From: Pirellulales bacterium
GTDB taxonomy: Bacteria; Planctomycetota; Planctomycetia; Pirellulales; UBA1268
Length of the DNA stretch: 64,000 bases
Assembly (NCBI GenBank): GCA_016779265.1
Contig: JADHNY010000003.1
Location: 12,741 to 76,740 of the forward strand
Direction of reading: 5' to 3'
The translations under genes and the position numbers were made by a program. Below are positions 58,830 through 64,000 of the stretch, piece by piece. The stretch's first letter is position 1; the number at the start of each line of letters is the position of its first letter. The notes beneath the pieces are model-generated. The model did no database searches. It saw nothing but the letters and a program-made list of their open reading frames with translations, and had not been told where the DNA came from.

Positions 58830-61800
58830 ATGCGAACACCTGCTCTGCAACCTGACCTGCTGACGTCACGAAGATTCGGTGGTGCCCTGAGTCGAAGGGC
58901 ATCCGCCGCGGCTTGGCTGTTTGTCTGGTGCCTGCTGGTCACTGCCCGTGTGGCAGGGGCTCAGGGGCCAGTGGAGCGGCTGTTGACCATTCCAGCCGGA
59001 GCGGCCCAACCGCGGGCAGGCCAGGCGGCTGCGAAAGACCAGGAGCAGCCGACACCGAGAAACTCGGTGGTCCCCAATGCTGTTGGTGGGCAGGCTGCTG
59101 AGAGTGCCACGGGAGAGTCGCAGGAACCGGCTCCGCCGGCAGACGGTGAGCCGACGGCGACAGTCGAGGCCACATCCCAAGAACTCACTGAAAAGGCGGA
59201 TCGTTTCCGCAAGCAGCGGGAAAGCCTCGACCAAGACACGTCGGTCCCTGCAGAACTCAAGCCCCGCCTCGTTGAGCAGGTCGAAGGAGCGATCGAGGCT
59301 GTTGAGCGACAGCGGAGGCTCTCTGAAGAACTCAAAAAACTTCGGCAGACAGCAGCATCGGTCGACCAGAGAAAGCAGGCGGTCGAGACGGCTGCTGAGG
59401 AAGCGGTCGATCTTGGCCTGCAGAAGGTGTCTCCGACGGCTGATGTCGACGCTCTTGACGCGGCTCAGCGGCAGGCGGAGCAGGTGCTCGCGACCGTTTC
59501 CGATCAGGTAGCAAAGTTGACGGAGCAGATTGCTGCCCAGAAACGCGATGCCAAACTCCTGCCGCAGCAGATCGCCGATCTTGAAACAAAACTCAGCGGT
59601 CTGCAGGCAGACGTGCCCATTGAAGAAGGCACCCCTGCCGCACTGGCGACCGCTCTGCAGGTGGCCCACGAAGCCGCTCGGGATGCGGCGGCAGTAGAGC
59701 TTGAGGTCGCAAAGCAAAAAGTCATTACATACAACGCAGAAGCGGAACTCCTGCCACGTGAACTTGAGCAGCTGCAGCGGCGAACTGCTGCAGCCATGGA
59801 CGCAGTCGAGAAGATCAGTCAGCGGGCATCCCGACGCCGGCAGGACATGATCGTCACTCGTGTCGAAGAGTTCGAAAAAGTGCTCTCGGTGACATCGGGA
59901 GCGCGTCAGTCTCAGGCTGCCGACACGCTTGAGCTGTTTGACGAATGGAGTGATCTTGCCAAGGAAAGTCGTCTGCGAGCAGACGATCTCACGGCCACGC
60001 GTTCTCAGGCACGGTCACTGCAGGCTGGCTTGGAAGAGATGCAGGCTTTGGTCGACAGCGATCTCTCCACTGGCGGAGGGCTCAGTCGATCGGTTGGCTA
60101 CCTTCTGCAACGAACTCGCGGCAGCCTGCCGTCAGCCGCGGAAATCGCTCAACGTGGTGTCGAGCAGTCGCAGCGAGTTGAAGATATTCAAGACATACTG
60201 GCACGCATTAGCGGTCGGCTTGATGAGCTTCCTCCACCGATCGTCCGGGCCGAAGGTCGAGAGCCAGAGGCAGAGGTCGATTCACTTGAGCGACAGCTCC
60301 TGCAGGAGATGGACCGAGATGCGGAACGTTTTTTAACAGAAGCGTTGATTCCACTCGGCGTGGAGCAGGACAAGCTTGAACTTGTCGTTCGAACCTACGA
60401 GAGCCTGATCGATCGCAACCTCCTTTGGGTACGAAGCAGCCGTTTTTTCGATCTCAATAGTCTGTGGTCTGCAGGGCAGGGGCTTGCCGGTCTTCTGCAG
60501 TGGAGACGATTTGTTGAGCTGGGGCATGCGCTCCAACTGGCGGTTGCGGAACGTTGGGGAGTGGCGGTGCTCGGGGGGCTCTTAGTAGTCGGTCTCTTCG
60601 TGCTACGTCGCCTGTTTGTGAAACAGATTGTCAGGCTCGGAAGCCAGGCGAAGGGTCGTGGAGCGCTACGGCTGCAGACGACATTGCAAGCCATGGTTTT
60701 TACGGGCTTGGCGGCCACCCCCTACTACCTCGCTCTTTTCCTCGCCTCCTGGTTTCTCGCTGCCTCCAGCGAAGAACAGACATTTACCCATGCCGTCGCC
60801 GAGGCACTTGGACGCGTTGCCACGGTCTTGCTTCCTCTGGAACTGCTGCGGCAGCTTGTCCGCAATCACGGCGTCGCCCTCGCCCACTTCGCCTGGCCGG
60901 ATGTGATCATCATACCGGTGCGACGGACGCTGCGGCGTTCACTCCTGATCGGCTTGCCGCTGATCTTTCTCTGGTCACTCGTTGATATCGAAGCAGCGAG
61001 CCGAGACGAACTGATTGCTGCGGCTCGGCTGCTGTTTATGGCCGTGATGCTTGTGGTTGCTGTCATTTTCTCAAGCCTGGCACATCCGACGCGGGGTATT
61101 CCACGAGATGCGTTTCGTTCGAACACGCCCACACTCAAGTTCGGATGGCTCTGGCGACCGTTTGTGGTGGTGGTGCCTGCAGTGTTGGCTGGCCTCATGG
61201 CATATGGCTATGGCTACTCGGCCCGGCAGCTCACGGTCTCTTTCTATCAGTCGATCTGGGTCGTCGTGCTCTCGATTGGCTTCCACGGGCTTGCGAAACG
61301 CTGGCTACTGATCTCCCGGCGGCGGATGGCGCTTGAGGAGATGCGGGCCAAGGCGTCGGCACGTGAGCAGGCTGAGTCGATGGGAGTCGCTGCTGCGTCA
61401 GGTGTTGAACTCATCGAGATCAACCAGTTGGGTGTCACCGAGATCAACGAACAAACCCGACGACTGATCGATGCGGTTCTGTTTGTGTCGGTGCTCGTCG
61501 GGCTCTGGTGGATCTGGGCTCCGGTGCTCCCTGCGCTCGGGTTCTTAGAGCAGGTCACACTCTGGGAACTCCGCGCGGATGATGGAACGGTAACCGGCGC
61601 CGTCACGCTGGCGAGTCTGCTCGTGGCAGTTCCAATGGTGGTGCTCACGCTGATCACGGTGCGGAACACGCCCGGTCTTCTTGAGGCCGCCGTGCTACGG
61701 CACCTGCCACTCGATACGGCCACCCGCTACGCTATCACGTCGCTGACGAGTTATGTGTTGGCGGCGTTTGGGATTGCGGTCACGGCAGGCACGCTCGGGC

Positions 61801-62381
61801 TCACCTGGGCATCCATTCAATGGCTGGTTGCCGGCCTCTCCGTCGGCCTCGGTTTTGGCTTGCAAGAGATCGTGGCGAACTTCGTCTGCGGCATCATCCT
61901 GCTGTTTGAGCAGCCAATCCGCGTTGGTGATGTGGTCACGATTGATGGCATCGATGGGGTGGTCTCGCGTATTCGTATTCGGGCGACCACGGTGACCACC
62001 TGGGATCGGCAGGAATACATCGTTCCCAATAAAGATCTGATTACGGGCCGGGTGACGAACTGGACTCTGAGCGACTCCACCAACCGTATTCATCTGGTCG
62101 TCGGTGTGGCTTATGGAACTGACACACGCCGTGCCACCGAGCTGATTCGTGAGATCTGTGCCGCGAACCCGGATGTGCTTCCCGAGCCGGAAACGTTGAT
62201 CACGTTTGAGCAGTTTGCCGACTCCACGCTGAACATCAGCATCCGGGCCTACCTCGGCTTGATCGAGAAACGCCTGGTAGTGATTCACGACCTGCACACG
62301 GCGATCCATGAACGGTTTGCAGCCGAGGGGATTGAGATCGCCTTTCCGCAGCTTGATGTCACGGTGCGTCGTGAGCTGTAG
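58830..62381 (+). CDS. Large MscS-family mechanosensitive channel (MscK-like)
   Basis: Periplasmic coiled coil, TM region, GLSVGLGFGLQEIVANF, FEQPIRVGD, IVPNK, IEIAFPQ. Confidence 0.93.
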   Translation: MRTPALQPDLLTSRRFGGALSRRASAAAWLFVWCLLVTARVAGAQGPVERLLTIPAGAAQPRAGQAAAKDQEQPTPRNSVVPNAVGGQAAESATGESQEPAPPADGEPTATVEATSQELTEKADRFRKQRESLDQDTSVPAELKPRLVEQVEGAIEAVERQRRLSEELKKLRQTAASVDQRKQAVETAAEEAVDLGLQKVSPTADVDALDAAQRQAEQVLATVSDQVAKLTEQIAAQKRDAKLLPQQIADLETKLSGLQADVPIEEGTPAALATALQVAHEAARDAAAVELEVAKQKVITYNAEAELLPRELEQLQRRTAAAMDAVEKISQRASRRRQDMIVTRVEEFEKVLSVTSGARQSQAADTLELFDEWSDLAKESRLRADDLTATRSQARSLQAGLEEMQALVDSDLSTGGGLSRSVGYLLQRTRGSLPSAAEIAQRGVEQSQRVEDIQDILARISGRLDELPPPIVRAEGREPEAEVDSLERQLLQEMDRDAERFLTEALIPLGVEQDKLELVVRTYESLIDRNLLWVRSSRFFDLNSLWSAGQGLAGLLQWRRFVELGHALQLAVAERWGVAVLGGLLVVGLFVLRRLFVKQIVRLGSQAKGRGALRLQTTLQAMVFTGLAATPYYLALFLASWFLAASSEEQTFTHAVAEALGRVATVLLPLELLRQLVRNHGVALAHFAWPDVIIIPVRRTLRRSLLIGLPLIFLWSLVDIEAASRDELIAAARLLFMAVMLVVAVIFSSLAHPTRGIPRDAFRSNTPTLKFGWLWRPFVVVVPAVLAGLMAYGYGYSARQLTVSFYQSIWVVVLSIGFHGLAKRWLLISRRRMALEEMRAKASAREQAESMGVAAASGVELIEINQLGVTEINEQTRRLIDAVLFVSVLVGLWWIWAPVLPALGFLEQVTLWELRADDGTVTGAVTLASLLVAVPMVVLTLITVRNTPGLLEAAVLRHLPLDTATRYAITSLTSYVLAAFGIAVTAGTLGLTWASIQWLVAGLSVGLGFGLQEIVANFVCGIILLFEQPIRVGDVVTIDGIDGVVSRIRIRATTVTTWDRQEYIVPNKDLITGRVTNWTLSDSTNRIHLVVGVAYGTDTRRATELIREICAANPDVLPEPETLITFEQFADSTLNISIRAYLGLIEKRLVVIHDLHTAIHERFAAEGIEIAFPQLDVTVRREL

Positions 62382-63057
62382 CAGCAGCCGATGATGAGGG
62401 CTGGGCAGTCGCCATGTGCTCTGGGGCACTGATGCCCATCGAGAGATAAATGCTCATCATGGCATCGACGCTCATCTCGGCCGGCACGATGTTGTCCGCT
62501 GGCACAAACAGCAGCGCGCCGCCGAACGGAACCGGAGCGGTAGGGATGATCACCATCTGGTACTCACGTCCCTGCACCTTCACCCGTTCCGGTGAAACGA
62601 GAAAGGCTAGTAGGCCGCACTCACCACCTCCGCCGAAGAAGCAGAACACTGGTGACATGCCGCGGATGGCGTCGTTGTCTCCAGTATTAAACAGGTCGAC
62701 CATCTGTTTCGTGGTGCCATAGAGGCTGCCAATCAGAGGGATCCGTGAGAAAAAGGCGTCGGAGATTCTCACGAGAACCCTGCGGGCTCCTGCTTCGATC
62801 GCAGCACCGAGCAAAAAGATCACCACGAGCAGGATCAGCCAGCCGATCAGATAGGGCACGTGCGACTCTGGCCGAACGGAGAGCCCAAGCCGCGAGAGGC
62901 CCTTGCCAACTTGGGTTCCTGGCCCGACAAACCCGATGAGAAAGTCAACGCCCCAGACGACCGCTCCGATGGTGACCACCAGCGGCAGGAGGATCAGCAC
63001 CCCCGCCAGAAACATGCCGGTGATCCGCTTCCAGATCCATCCGAGTCCACCTGTCAT
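62359..63057 (-). CDS. DUF502 family membrane protein
   Basis: FLAGVLILLPLVVT, RIPLIGSLY, IPTAPVPFGG, SMG. The 3' end overlaps the MscK-like gene by 23 nt. Confidence 0.85.
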   Translation of the reverse strand: MTGGLGWIWKRITGMFLAGVLILLPLVVTIGAVVWGVDFLIGFVGPGTQVGKGLSRLGLSVRPESHVPYLIGWLILLVVIFLLGAAIEAGARRVLVRISDAFFSRIPLIGSLYGTTKQMVDLFNTGDNDAIRGMSPVFCFFGGGGECGLLAFLVSPERVKVQGREYQMVIIPTAPVPFGGALLFVPADNIVPAEMSVDAMMSIYLSMGISAPEHMATAQPSSSAAATAHDAP

Positions 63058-63213
63058 CGTTGGCTCCTGCATACGGTCGAAGGGGTGTGCCTGCTGCATG
63101 CGAGGCACTGTTCAAAGTGGGCGAGGTGAAGTTGAATAAGGTTCGTCATCAGCCGGGCAGCGTACCGTTTGGTGAGATTTCTGTCCCCGTCCCGACACCT
63201 GACAAGCGCCGTG

Positions 63214-64000
63214 ATGGCTGATATTCCAGACCCATTTCGCAGCGATCGGCGGGCCACAGGTGTGCGTGCTTTTGTGGCGGGCGATGAGCGGATGCCGATG
63301 ATCCTGCGACATGGTGAGCTTCGAGAGGCGGCCAAAGACTGGCAGACGTTTTCCTCAGACGCTCCCTTTCGAGTGCCGATTCCGTCGGAAGAGCACCTCC
63401 GCAGTGTGCGGCAGCTGCCGATCGAGACGGACCCACCTGACCACAGCGACTACCGCACGCTGGTGGAGCCGTTCTTTCTGCGTGCACGGCAGCCGGAGTT
63501 TGTCGCTCGCGTGGAAGCGATCACAGCGGAGTTGCTGAAACAGGCCGTTGCCAGCGAATCCGTTGAGGTGGTCAGCGAGTTTGCTTTGCCGTTGCAGTCA
63601 CGGGCGCTGACGGTGCTTCTGGGGGTGCCCCAGCAGGAGGCTGAGCGGTTTATCGCCTGGGGTGTGCATGTCTTCCATGGTGAGCATGGCCTGCGACAGG
63701 CCCGGGAGCTTGAGGCGTACCTCGGTGCAGAGTTTGACCGGGCCGCCGCTGATCCTGGAGACGACTTCTACGGCGTGCTCACGAAGGCACGCTTCCGGGG
63801 ACGGCCGCTCTCTCGGGAGGAAAAACTCGGCTTTGCGAACCTCATGTTCGCCGGAGGCCGTGACACCGTGATTCATAGCGTGGCCACCGCGGTTGGGTAT
63901 CTGGCGGAGCATCCAGAGGCGTTTGCATTTCTGCGGGAGGATCCAGGCCGGATCGTGCACGCGGCAGAAGAGTTCTTTCGGGCATTTATGCCGCTGACAC
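63214..64000 (+). CDS. Cytochrome P450, CYP236-like; 3'-partial and absent from the ORF track
   Basis: Translated by hand: MADIPDPF...MILRH...RVPIPSEE...RQLPIETDPPDH...EFALPLQSRALTVLL...WGVHVF...PGDDFY...FAGGRDTV (I helix)...EEFFR (ExxR). No stop before the window end. Confidence 0.92.
   Translation, partial: MADIPDPFRSDRRATGVRAFVAGDERMPMILRHGELREAAKDWQTFSSDAPFRVPIPSEEHLRSVRQLPIETDPPDHSDYRTLVEPFFLRARQPEFVARVEAITAELLKQAVASESVEVVSEFALPLQSRALTVLLGVPQQEAERFIAWGVHVFHGEHGLRQARELEAYLGAEFDRAAADPGDDFYGVLTKARFRGRPLSREEKLGFANLMFAGGRDTVIHSVATAVGYLAEHPEAFAFLREDPGRIVHAAEEFFRAFMPLT

Overview
GC-rich, densely coding chromosomal window from a planctomycete, probably Pirellulales-like. The assignment rests on a DUF1549/DUF1553-DUF1501 pair, a DUF1559 prepilin-like protein, an LExRxxL-type export motif and a bacterial Topo VI A. 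Most of the window is core or metabolic: cysD-cysNC, tRNA-His, top6A, tex, infA, prfB (programmed +1 frameshift), dprA, lysA, lctP, a sulfatase, a tandem glycine riboswitch with gcvP, glyA-aguB-aguA, galM, a modular S8 protease, a halogenase-like flavoprotein, lemA with an M48 peptidase, and MscK-like and NRAMP-like transporters. I saw no CRISPR array, integrase, transposase or prophage. The best leads are missing from, or unexplained by, the ORF track: (i) a CYP236-like (methyl-sugar demethylase-type) cytochrome P450 running off the right end; (ii) an 11-bp-periodic Pho-box-like array upstream of a DUF1559 + phytase-like pair; (iii) a ~120-155 nt strand-specific structured intergenic element at ~0.8-0.9 kb; (iv) a 39-aa membrane micro-protein beside an orphan top6A; (v) a structured tex leader. 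All product calls come from motif recognition by eye, with no database search. Start codons are best guesses.
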